Source of the DNA: Haloferax volcanii DS2
GTDB taxonomy: Archaea > Halobacteriota > Halobacteria > Halobacteriales > Haloferacaceae
DNA length: 32,000 nucleotides
Reading direction: 5' to 3'
Assembly: GCF_000025685.1 (NCBI RefSeq)
Contig: NC_013967.1
Span: 1,260,001 to 1,292,000, forward strand
Shown here one piece after another: positions 25,282-32,000 of the stretch (position 1 is its first letter; the number at the start of each line of letters is the position of its first letter). A model generated the notes under the pieces. That model saw only the letters and a list, made by a program, of their open reading frames with translations. It was not told where the DNA came from and did no database searches. The translations under genes and the position numbers were made by a program.

Positions 25282-25287
25282 TTTAAC
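25282..25287 (+). promoter_or_regulatory. TATA box for the decarboxylase gene
   Basis: TTTAAC, with 24 nt to ATG 25312. Confidence 0.45.
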
Positions 25288-25311
25288 CCCGAGTCCGACG
25301 GGCGTTCGAAC

Positions 25312-26286
25312 ATGAAGGCCACCGCCAAGGCCCACCCGATTCAGGGCCTCGTGAAGTATCACGGGATGCGAGACACGGAGCGCCGAATGCCGTACCACGA
25401 CAGCATCAGCGTCTGCACGGCACCGAGCCACACGCAGACGACCGTCGAGTTCCGCCCCGACGCCGACGAGGACGTCTACGTCATCGGCGGCGAGGAAGTC
25501 GAGGGCCGCGGCGCGGAGCGTATCCAAGCCGTCGTCGACCGGGTCCGCGAGCTGGCCGGCTTCGACCACCGGGTCCGACTGGAAAGCGAGAACTCCTTCC
25601 CATCGAACATCGGCTTCGGGTCGTCGGCGTCCGGGTTCGCCGCCGCCGCGATGGCGCTTGCCGAGGCGGCCGACCTCGACATGACGCGCCCCGAAGTCTC
25701 GACTATCGCCCGCCGCGGGTCGGCGTCCGCCGCCCGCGCCGTCACGGGCGCGTTCTCGCACCTCTACTCGGGAATGAACGACACCGACTGCCGCTCCGAG
25801 CGCATCGAGACCGACCTCGAAGACGACCTGCGCATCGTCGCCGCGCACGTCCCCGCCTACAAGGAGACCGAGCAGGCCCACGCCGAGGCCGCCGACAGCC
25901 ACATGTTCCAGGCGCGGATGGCCCACATCCACGCCCAGATAGACGACATGCGCGACGCGCTGTACGACGGCGACTTCGACGCCGCCTTCGAACTCGCGGA
26001 GCACGACTCGCTGTCGCTCGCGGCGACGACGATGACCGGCCCCGCCGGCTGGGTGTACTGGCAACCGCGCACCATCGCCGTCTTCAACGCCGTCCGCAAA
26101 CTCCGGAACGAGGAGGACGTGCCGGTCTACTTCTCGACCGACACCGGCGCGAGCGTCTACATCAACACGACCGAGGAGCACGTCGACCGCGTCGAGGAAG
26201 CCGTCGCGGACTGCGGCGTCGAGACCGACGTGTGGGGCGTCGGCGGCCCCGCCGAGGTGCTCGACGAGTCCGAGGCGCTGTTCTGA
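25312..26286 (+). CDS. mvaD: GHMP-kinase-family mevalonate-(di)phosphate decarboxylase; phosphomevalonate decarboxylase type in haloarchaea
   Basis: HPIQGLVKYHG at the N-terminus and the GHMP motif PSNIGFGSSASGFAAAA match the MVD family. The Haloferax volcanii member of this family was shown biochemically to decarboxylate phosphomevalonate (alternate archaeal mevalonate pathway). I infer that substrate preference here by analogy only. Confidence 0.85.
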   Translation: MKATAKAHPIQGLVKYHGMRDTERRMPYHDSISVCTAPSHTQTTVEFRPDADEDVYVIGGEEVEGRGAERIQAVVDRVRELAGFDHRVRLESENSFPSNIGFGSSASGFAAAAMALAEAADLDMTRPEVSTIARRGSASAARAVTGAFSHLYSGMNDTDCRSERIETDLEDDLRIVAAHVPAYKETEQAHAEAADSHMFQARMAHIHAQIDDMRDALYDGDFDAAFELAEHDSLSLAATTMTGPAGWVYWQPRTIAVFNAVRKLRNEEDVPVYFSTDTGASVYINTTEEHVDRVEEAVADCGVETDVWGVGGPAEVLDESEALF

Positions 26287-26361
26287 GCGCGCGGCCGACC
26301 GCCGCGTACCGCGCCCGCGATCGCCGTCACCCTCTTTTCTCTCGCGCCCGACGAGACAGCC

Positions 26362-27495
26362 ATGCGTGTCCTGGTTCTCGGTGCCGGGTACGCGGGCCTC
26401 ACGCTCGCCCGCGACCTCGAACGCCGACTCCCCGCCGACGCCGACCTGACCGTGGTGAACGACTCCCCGCACCACCTCGTCCAACACGAAGTCCACCGCG
26501 CGATTCGACGGCCGGCGGTCGCCGACGCGATTCAGGTCCCCCTCGACGAGGCGCTCGACCGCGCCGAGGTCGTCGTCGACCGCGTGACCGGCGTCGACCG
26601 CGACGCGCGAACCGTCGAACTGGCCGCCGGCGACGCCCTCGACTACGACTACTGCGCGGTCTGTCTGGGCGCGCAGACCGCCTACTACGGCATCCCCGGC
26701 CTCGAAGCCCACTCGGTCCCGCTGAAGCGCGTCGCGGACGCCGAAACCATCCGCACGCGCTTCTTCGACGACTGCGACGAGGGCGGCACCGTCGTCGTCG
26801 GCGGCGCGGGGCTGTCTGGCGTGCAGGTCGCGGGCGAACTCGCCGCGCTCCGCGACGAGGAGGGCGCGCACGCCGATATCGTCCTCGTCGAGCAACTGGA
26901 CGCCGTCGCGCCGTCGTTCGACGCGTCGTTCCGGCGGGCGGTCCGCGACGAACTCCTCGACAGGGGCGTCGAGATTCGGACCGAGACGACCGTCGAATCG
27001 GTGACGGACGCGACCGTCGAGGCGGACACCGGCGACATCGACTACGACCTGCTCGTCTGGACCGGCGGCATCGCCGGCGACGACGCGATGGGCGGCGAGC
27101 GCCCCACCGTCAGGGCGGACCTCCGTCTCGACCGGCGGACGTTCGTCGTCGGGGACGCGGCCCGCGCGGTCGACGCCGACGGCGAGCCCGTGCCGGCGAG
27201 CGCCTCCGCGGCGCTCCGCGAGGCGAAGACCGTCGCCGGCAACATCGCCGCGCAGGTCGAGTTCGAGACCGGCGGCGACGAAGACGAGTTCGCCCCGCGG
27301 CCCGACCCTTATCGCTTCGAAGTCCCCGGCTGGATTGTCTCGGTCGGCGACGGCGCGGTCGCGCAGGTCGGCCCGAGCATCTTCCGCGGGAAGGCCGCGA
27401 AGGCCATGAAAGCCACCGTCGGGGCGGGCCATCTCACCTCGGTCGGCGCGATTTCGCGGGCGGTCGACCTCGTCGACGAGGAACTGCACGCCTGA
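26362..27495 (+). CDS. ndh: type II NADH dehydrogenase (NDH-2) / FAD-dependent pyridine nucleotide-disulfide oxidoreductase
   Basis: Two dinucleotide-binding motifs, RVLVLGAGYAGL and VVVGGAGLSGVQVAGEL, plus the GD motif FVVGDAA. Length is 377 aa. Confidence 0.8.
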   Translation: MRVLVLGAGYAGLTLARDLERRLPADADLTVVNDSPHHLVQHEVHRAIRRPAVADAIQVPLDEALDRAEVVVDRVTGVDRDARTVELAAGDALDYDYCAVCLGAQTAYYGIPGLEAHSVPLKRVADAETIRTRFFDDCDEGGTVVVGGAGLSGVQVAGELAALRDEEGAHADIVLVEQLDAVAPSFDASFRRAVRDELLDRGVEIRTETTVESVTDATVEADTGDIDYDLLVWTGGIAGDDAMGGERPTVRADLRLDRRTFVVGDAARAVDADGEPVPASASAALREAKTVAGNIAAQVEFETGGDEDEFAPRPDPYRFEVPGWIVSVGDGAVAQVGPSIFRGKAAKAMKATVGAGHLTSVGAISRAVDLVDEELHA

Positions 27496-27660
27496 CGGGT
27501 CGGCGGCGGGCGACCCGCTCCCGCGGTCCGCCGGCCCGACCCTGAGAAGTTCTTTATCCGATGCCGGAGTATCTCCAGCTATCACCGACGATACCGGGAA
27601 CGACCGAGACTGCGCCGGCGAGGCCGCGATTCGCGACGTGACCGCCGAGCGAGGCGCTCG

Positions 27661-29370
27661 ATGAACTGGCAGCACAGCGTGTACGCCTACCCGATGGTGT
27701 TCGCGGCGGTCGTCGCCGCCATCCTCTCGGGCTACGCGCTCCAGTCCGTCCGCCGCCGGGGGCGGAACCCGACGGTCGTCTCGTTCGCCGTGCTGACGGC
27801 CGCCGTCGCCTTCTGGACCGCGACGACGGCGGTCAAGCTGTTTCTCGTCGCCCCCGGCGCGAAACTGCTCGCCTACAAGCTCCTCCACGTCGGTGCGATG
27901 ACGGCCGCGCCGGCGTTTTTCGTCTTCGCCCTCGCGTACACCGACCGGCGGGAACTGCTCGACCGGCAGGTCGCCTCGGCGCTGTACGTCGTCCCCGCGG
28001 TGTTCCTCGTCGTCCTCTTTACCAACCCGCTGGAACTCGGCTACACCGGCTGGGAGCTGTCGGCCGTCGACGGTGGGGTGACGCTCTCCGTCACCGACGG
28101 CCCGGTGAGCGTGTTCGGCCTCGTCTACGCCTTCGTGCTCCTGTTTCTCGGGCTCGGCGTCATCGGCCAGTACGCCCTCGAACTCGACCGCCCCTACCGG
28201 ACGCAGGCGACGCTCCTCATCGTCGGGATGGTCGTGCCGTCGGTCGTCGCCGCGCTCGAACTCACCGACTCGCCGCCGCTCGCCGGCGGCGTCAACCTCA
28301 TCCCCGCCTCGCTCGCGGTGCCCGCGGTGACGTTCGGCATCGCCGTCTACCGCTACAAGCTCCTCGACATCCTCTCGCTCGCCTACGCGGCCGCCGGCGC
28401 GCACTCGACCGACGGGCTCGTCGTCCTCGACGCCGACGAGGTCGTCGTCCACGTCAACGACCACGTCCGGCCCCTCTTGGGAGCCGACGACCCGCTCCTC
28501 GGTCGCCCGGCGAGTGAGGCTCTCCCGAACTACGACGACCTCGCCGGCGACCCCCCGACGTGCGACGCGCTCGTCGCGGGCGAGCGCTACGTCGAACTGA
28601 CGCGCATCCCGCTGGACCGCGCCGGCGACCCGCTCGGGTGGGTGGTTTCGGTTCGGGACGTGACGCCGCGGAAACGCTACGAACTCGCCTTGGAGTCGAG
28701 AAACGACGAACTGGAGGTGCTCAACCGCATCGTCCGCCACGACATCCGAAACGATATGCAGCTCGTGACGGCGTACATCGACATCGTCCTCGACCACGAG
28801 CCGCTGTCCGACGAGGCGCGGTCGCAGTTGGAGACCGCGCTCCGGCGGGCGCTCAACACCGTGGACCTCACCGACGTGCTCGGACAGTTGATGCGCGCGA
28901 CGAACGACGACGAGCGCCGCCGCGCCCTCGACGTCGGCGACGCGCTCCGCGAGGCCGTCGACGACGTGCGCGAGGGCTATCCGAACGCGGCCTTCACGGT
29001 CGATAGCCTCCCGCCGGCGACGGTGTTCGCCAACGACCTGCTCGACTCCGTGTTCGTGAACGTCCTGAAGAACGCGGTCGTCCACAGCGACCGCGACCGC
29101 CCGTCGATTGCCGTCTCGGGCGCGGCGGACGACGAGTGCGTCACCGTCCGCATCGCCGACGACGGCCCCGGCATCGCCGACGACCGGAAGTCGGTCGTCT
29201 TCGGGAAGGGCGCGAAGGGGCTGGGAAGCCCCGGCACCGGCACCGGCCTGTACCTCGTCGACACCATCGTCTCGAACTTCGGCGGCGCAGTCCACATCGA
29301 GGACAACGAACCGCGAGGAAGCGTCTTCGTCATCGAACTCCCGCTCGCGACCGTCGAGGCCGCGGACTGA
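27661..29370 (+). CDS. sensor histidine kinase with an N-terminal 7-TM domain and a PAS-like domain (orphan)
   Basis: About seven hydrophobic helices over the first ~240 aa, followed by a PAS-like segment. H-box LNRIVRHDIRNDM, N-box FVNVLKNAVVHS, G1 IADDGPGI, G2 GTGTGLYLV. Confidence 0.85.
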   Translation: MNWQHSVYAYPMVFAAVVAAILSGYALQSVRRRGRNPTVVSFAVLTAAVAFWTATTAVKLFLVAPGAKLLAYKLLHVGAMTAAPAFFVFALAYTDRRELLDRQVASALYVVPAVFLVVLFTNPLELGYTGWELSAVDGGVTLSVTDGPVSVFGLVYAFVLLFLGLGVIGQYALELDRPYRTQATLLIVGMVVPSVVAALELTDSPPLAGGVNLIPASLAVPAVTFGIAVYRYKLLDILSLAYAAAGAHSTDGLVVLDADEVVVHVNDHVRPLLGADDPLLGRPASEALPNYDDLAGDPPTCDALVAGERYVELTRIPLDRAGDPLGWVVSVRDVTPRKRYELALESRNDELEVLNRIVRHDIRNDMQLVTAYIDIVLDHEPLSDEARSQLETALRRALNTVDLTDVLGQLMRATNDDERRRALDVGDALREAVDDVREGYPNAAFTVDSLPPATVFANDLLDSVFVNVLKNAVVHSDRDRPSIAVSGAADDECVTVRIADDGPGIADDRKSVVFGKGAKGLGSPGTGTGLYLVDTIVSNFGGAVHIEDNEPRGSVFVIELPLATVEAAD

Positions 29371-29430
29371 GCCGCCCCGTTCGACTCGGGGACCGTCGCC
29401 GCCGCGGTCGGCGTCGCTCGTGGACGAGGT

Positions 29431-29436
29431 TTTATC
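29431..29436 (+). promoter_or_regulatory. TATA box for the HAD hydrolase gene
   Basis: TTTATC, with 21 nt to GTG 29458. Confidence 0.4.
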
Positions 29437-29457
29437 GCCGCCGCTCCAAGAGAGCGT

Positions 29458-30150
29458 GTGGCACCGTTCGACGCGATTCTCTTCGACCTCGACAACACGC
29501 TCTGTACGAACGACCAGAGCGGCGAGACCATCTACGCCGGCGCGTTCGACGCCGCCGGTCTCGACCGCTTCGGCGAGCCGTCGGACCTCTGGGCCGCCCT
29601 CGACGGCCTGCCGGACCACGACGACCACGAGGGCTACCTCGCAGACGGCTTCGAGCGCGTCGCGGCCAAACACGACCGCGAGGGGGTCGACGTTCGGGCG
29701 CTGGCCCGCGGATTCGTCGAGACGGTCGACCACTCGGCGGTCTCGTTTCGCCCCGGTGCCGAGGCCGCGCTCGCCGCCGCCCGCGACCACGCGTCGGTGG
29801 GCCTCGTCACCAACGGTCCCGAGCGGCGGCAGGCCGTCAAACTCGACGCGCTCGGCATCGCCGACGCGTTCGACGCGGTCGTCTTCGCGGGCGACATGCC
29901 GCGGCGAAAGCCCCACCCCGACCCGTTCGACCGGGCGCTTTCCGACCTCGACGCCGAGGCAAACGCGAGCCTCCACGTCGGTGACTCGCTGGAGTTCGAC
30001 GTGGACGGAGCCCACCGCGCCGGTCTCGACGCCGCGTGGTGCCCGGTCGAGACGGGCGACGAAGGCGACCCGGACCCGACCTCGTACGCCCCGGCGTACG
30101 TCCTCCGGTCGCTCACCGAGTTCTCGACGATTCTCGACGGCGGGCCGTGA
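29458..30150 (+). CDS. HAD-superfamily hydrolase (subfamily IA-like)
   Basis: GTG start. Motif I ILFDLDNTL (DxDxT), motif II LVTNG and motif IV HVGDSLEFDVDGA. Confidence 0.85.
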   Translation: MAPFDAILFDLDNTLCTNDQSGETIYAGAFDAAGLDRFGEPSDLWAALDGLPDHDDHEGYLADGFERVAAKHDREGVDVRALARGFVETVDHSAVSFRPGAEAALAAARDHASVGLVTNGPERRQAVKLDALGIADAFDAVVFAGDMPRRKPHPDPFDRALSDLDAEANASLHVGDSLEFDVDGAHRAGLDAAWCPVETGDEGDPDPTSYAPAYVLRSLTEFSTILDGGP

Positions 30151-30241
30151 CTCGGCTCCCGCGGCGTCGCCGTCGCCATCGCCATCGGCCGCCGCGAGCC
30201 GTCCGCTGGACCTTTGTTCGCGTCACCCGTAGAGTGGTTCC

Positions 30242-31246
30242 ATGAACCCCGTCGAGGGCGTGCTCGCCCGCGAGTTCCCCGAGCGACGCGTCGCGGCGAC
30301 GGCCCGCGTTCCGAACGGGAACCACAAGCAAACCGCGGTCGCGACGTTCGCCGACGGCGGGGAAGTCGTCGTCCAGACGGCGGCCGACGCCGCGGCGCTG
30401 GCCGTCGAAGCCGCCCTCTCGCGGGCGGTCCGCGAGCGCACGTCGATTCCGGTCCCCCGCGTCCTCGCGTCGGGCGCGCTCGACGGGGCCGGCTACGTCG
30501 TCACGGAGCGCGCCGCCGGCGACGAACTCCACGAGCGGTTCGTCTCGCTCGATGCGACGGCCCAGCGGCGGGTCGCCCGGTCGTTCGGCGTCGGCCTCGG
30601 CCAGCTCCACGAACAGTTCACTTTCGACGGCTACGGTCGGCTTGCGGGCTCTCCTCGCGGCGGACAGCGAGCCGACGGTGGCGAAGCGACCGCGGGCGGA
30701 GCCGGGTTCGAATCGGAACCGGCGACCAACCGCGGATTCGACGCCACGAGCGCCGACGACAGCGATTGGGAGGCGTGGTTCTCCGCCTACGCCCGCGAGG
30801 GAATTGCCGCGCTCCCGGCCGCGTTCGACGGGTGTCGAAAGCGGTTAGCGGACGCCGTCGCGGCCGCGTCGCTCCCCGCGAACCCGCCGGTGCGGCTCTA
30901 TCCGTGGGACTTCAGACCGGGGAACGCGCTCGTCGAGGACGACCGGGTCTCGGCCGTCCTCGACTGGGGACAGCCGATGGCCGCCGCGCCGGGACTCGCC
31001 GTCGCCAAAGTCGAACACCTCGTCGCTGACTGGTACGTCGAAGACGGCGCGCCGCTCCGCCGGGCGTTCCGCGCGGGCTACGAGTCGGTCCGGCCGCTCC
31101 CACCGGTCCCGCGCGCCTATCGGGTCGCCGCCGTCGTCCACTCGGCCGTCGATTCGGCGGGCGAGGTGACCCGCCCCGGCTACCCCGAGCGAACCGGCGC
31201 GGCCGCGGTCGACTTCCACCGAGCGCGACTCGACGCGTGGTTGTGA
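30242..31246 (+). CDS. phosphotransferase-family (APH/choline-kinase-like) protein
   Basis: A catalytic-loop-like PWDFRPGNALV followed by VLDWG (the Mg-binding D of the DxG motif), and the overall bilobal length. The central Gly/Ala-rich insert is low complexity. Confidence 0.7.
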   Translation: MNPVEGVLAREFPERRVAATARVPNGNHKQTAVATFADGGEVVVQTAADAAALAVEAALSRAVRERTSIPVPRVLASGALDGAGYVVTERAAGDELHERFVSLDATAQRRVARSFGVGLGQLHEQFTFDGYGRLAGSPRGGQRADGGEATAGGAGFESEPATNRGFDATSADDSDWEAWFSAYAREGIAALPAAFDGCRKRLADAVAAASLPANPPVRLYPWDFRPGNALVEDDRVSAVLDWGQPMAAAPGLAVAKVEHLVADWYVEDGAPLRRAFRAGYESVRPLPPVPRAYRVAAVVHSAVDSAGEVTRPGYPERTGAAAVDFHRARLDAWL

Positions 31247-31325
31247 GTCGTGGGGGGAGTGGCGTCGACCGGGACGAACCGCCCCGTCGACGGCGCGCTG
31301 TGACCGTCGCGGCGACACGAACTAC

Positions 31326-31331
31326 TAATTC
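31326..31331 (+). promoter_or_regulatory. TATA-like box for the MC1 gene
   Basis: TAATTC, with 22 nt to ATG 31354. Confidence 0.35.
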
Positions 31332-31353
31332 TGAGTGCGTGGTATAGTCACGC

Positions 31354-31661
31354 ATGGTACGAGAAGACGGCAAGCGAAACTTCGTCCACTTCGAGGACGG
31401 CGAGGAGACGAGCGTGTTCAGCGGAACGTATCCCCGGCAGGCGGCGCTGAAGGCCGCCCGCCGACTCCATCCCGCACCCAGCCCCGACGACATCGACGGG
31501 AAGGCGACGCTCAGCCTTCGCGAGCGCGGCACCGACCGCGTCCACATCTACGAGGGCTGGCGTGGACCGAGGAGAAAGACGACGACGCCCCCGAGTGGAT
31601 GGACGACCACGTCACCCGGGCGAACGTCTCGAAGCAGGGCATCGAACATCTCGAAGCGTAA
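31354..31661 (+). pseudogene. archaeal chromosomal protein MC1 gene, interrupted by an apparent 1-nt deletion at 31560/31561
   Basis: Frame 1 (31354-31560) encodes the MC1 N-terminal two thirds. The MC1 C-terminus AWTEEKDDDAPEWMDDHVTRANVSKQGIEHLEA* is in the frame entered by re-reading G31560 and ends at TAA 31659-31661. The uncorrected frame 1 runs to 31776 through an Arg/Pro/Thr-rich tail. Confidence 0.75.
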
Positions 31662-31704
31662 GCCGGGGGTTCGGCGGGGCCGGTGGACCCCGGCTTCGGT
31701 TTTT
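31662..31704 (+). terminator. hairpin plus T5 terminator after the MC1 gene
   Basis: GCCGGGG (31662-31668) pairs with CCCCGGC (31688-31694). TTCGGTTTTT follows (T5 at 31700-31704), and a further TGTTT after that. Confidence 0.45.
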
Positions 31705-31745
31705 CGGGCTGTTTCGGACCTGCGTCGCGCACGCGCACCGACGGC

Positions 31746-32000
31746 TCAGTCGCCGGCCTGCGCCGCCTCGCCGTGACCGCCGTGGCCGTCATCACCAACA
31801 GACTCCGAGCGGTGGAGCCAGTAGAGGACGCCGAACAAGCCGGTCGCGAACACGTTCAACACGAGTTTGTAGTCGGCCTCGATACTCACCTCCGCGATTT
31901 GGACGCTCTCGGGGGCCGGGATGAGCCCCGCGCCGAGGAAGACGAAGTGGATGACGACGCCCGTCAGGACCGCCGCCACGAATATCATCCCCGAGAGGAC
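31746..32000 (-). CDS. membrane protein, C-terminal fragment (5' end outside window), with a His/Gly/Asp-rich tail
   Basis: The reading frame is open to the window edge (…VLSGMIFVAAVLTGVVIHFVFLG…). It has two hydrophobic helices and the tail SESVGDDGHGGHGEAAQAGD. I cannot assign a family confidently. Confidence 0.5.
   Translation of the reverse strand, partial: VLSGMIFVAAVLTGVVIHFVFLGAGLIPAPESVQIAEVSIEADYKLVLNVFATGLFGVLYWLHRSESVGDDGHGGHGEAAQAGD

Noticed and set aside
27561-27641. A 26-codon ORF (MPEYLQLSPTIPGTTETAPARPRFAT) in the spacer upstream of histidine kinase 2.
   Set aside because: The only TATA-like box (TTTATC 27553-27558) is about 2-3 nt from its ATG, too close for a promoter. There is no other support. 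The region is more likely part of a 5' leader of about 80 nt.
25090-30015. A 1641-aa ORF on the minus strand, by far the longest in the track. At first sight it looks like a giant novel protein.
   Set aside because: It is the exact codon-for-codon antisense of four well-supported + strand genes (decarboxylase 25312, NDH-2 26362, histidine kinase 27661, HAD 29458). All four happen to lie in the same frame (start coordinate mod 3 = 1). An antisense stop would require a sense TTA, CTA or TCA codon, and these are nearly absent in this GC3-rich genome. The product is Arg/Gly/Val/Asp-rich low-complexity sequence with no motif, whereas each sense protein has clear family signatures.
1-32000. A window-wide search for mobile elements, integrases, IS inverted repeats, prophage genes, toxin-antitoxin pairs or defence islands.
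   Set aside because: I recognised no transposase, integrase or recombinase-like ORF, no long terminal inverted repeats and no tRNA attachment site. The only compositional departures I noticed are short AT-richer spacers and the A+C-rich tract at 24971-25140, none of which looks like an island boundary. The region reads as conserved core chromosome.

Overview
This window looks like a chromosomal segment of a high-GC halophilic archaeon (class Halobacteria). The evidence is Asp/Glu-rich proteins, TATA-like boxes about 22-26 nt upstream of many start codons (mostly leaderless mRNAs) and short oligo-T terminators. Gene content looks Haloferax-like, but I cannot verify that without a database search. 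I support about 36 protein-coding genes, nearly all ordinary housekeeping or metabolic. They are: a TrmI fragment, TFS, enoyl-CoA hydratase, a SAM methyltransferase, a NUDIX hydrolase, an S10-like paralog, an NhaC antiporter, an M20 amidohydrolase, two orphan sensor histidine kinases, a geranylgeranyl reductase, a BMP-type ABC importer cluster, a phosphohexomutase, an acylphosphatase, a DUF429-like protein, a wHTH regulator, DoxX, a flavin reductase, an SRPBCC protein, a GHMP-family (phospho)mevalonate decarboxylase, NDH-2, a HAD hydrolase, an APH-like kinase and an MC1 chromatin-protein gene. I found no rRNA, tRNA, CRISPR array, transposase or integrase, and no island boundary. Most long ORFs in the supplied track, including the 1641-aa one, are stop-poor shadow frames typical of a GC-rich genome. 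I did not find a convincing novel multi-gene system. Four items are most worth a second look. (i) A one-base frame disruption in the MC1 gene. (ii) A ~550-bp spacer upstream of the mevalonate-pathway gene that is A+C-rich, carries repeats and palindromes, and holds a possible micro-ORF. (iii) An uncharacterised protein whose motifs read like a PD-(D/E)xK nuclease core plus a Cys cluster, directly upstream of a methyltransferase. (iv) A 345-bp GC-rich, hairpin-bearing spacer that could be a long structured leader or an sRNA. All coordinates include stop codons.
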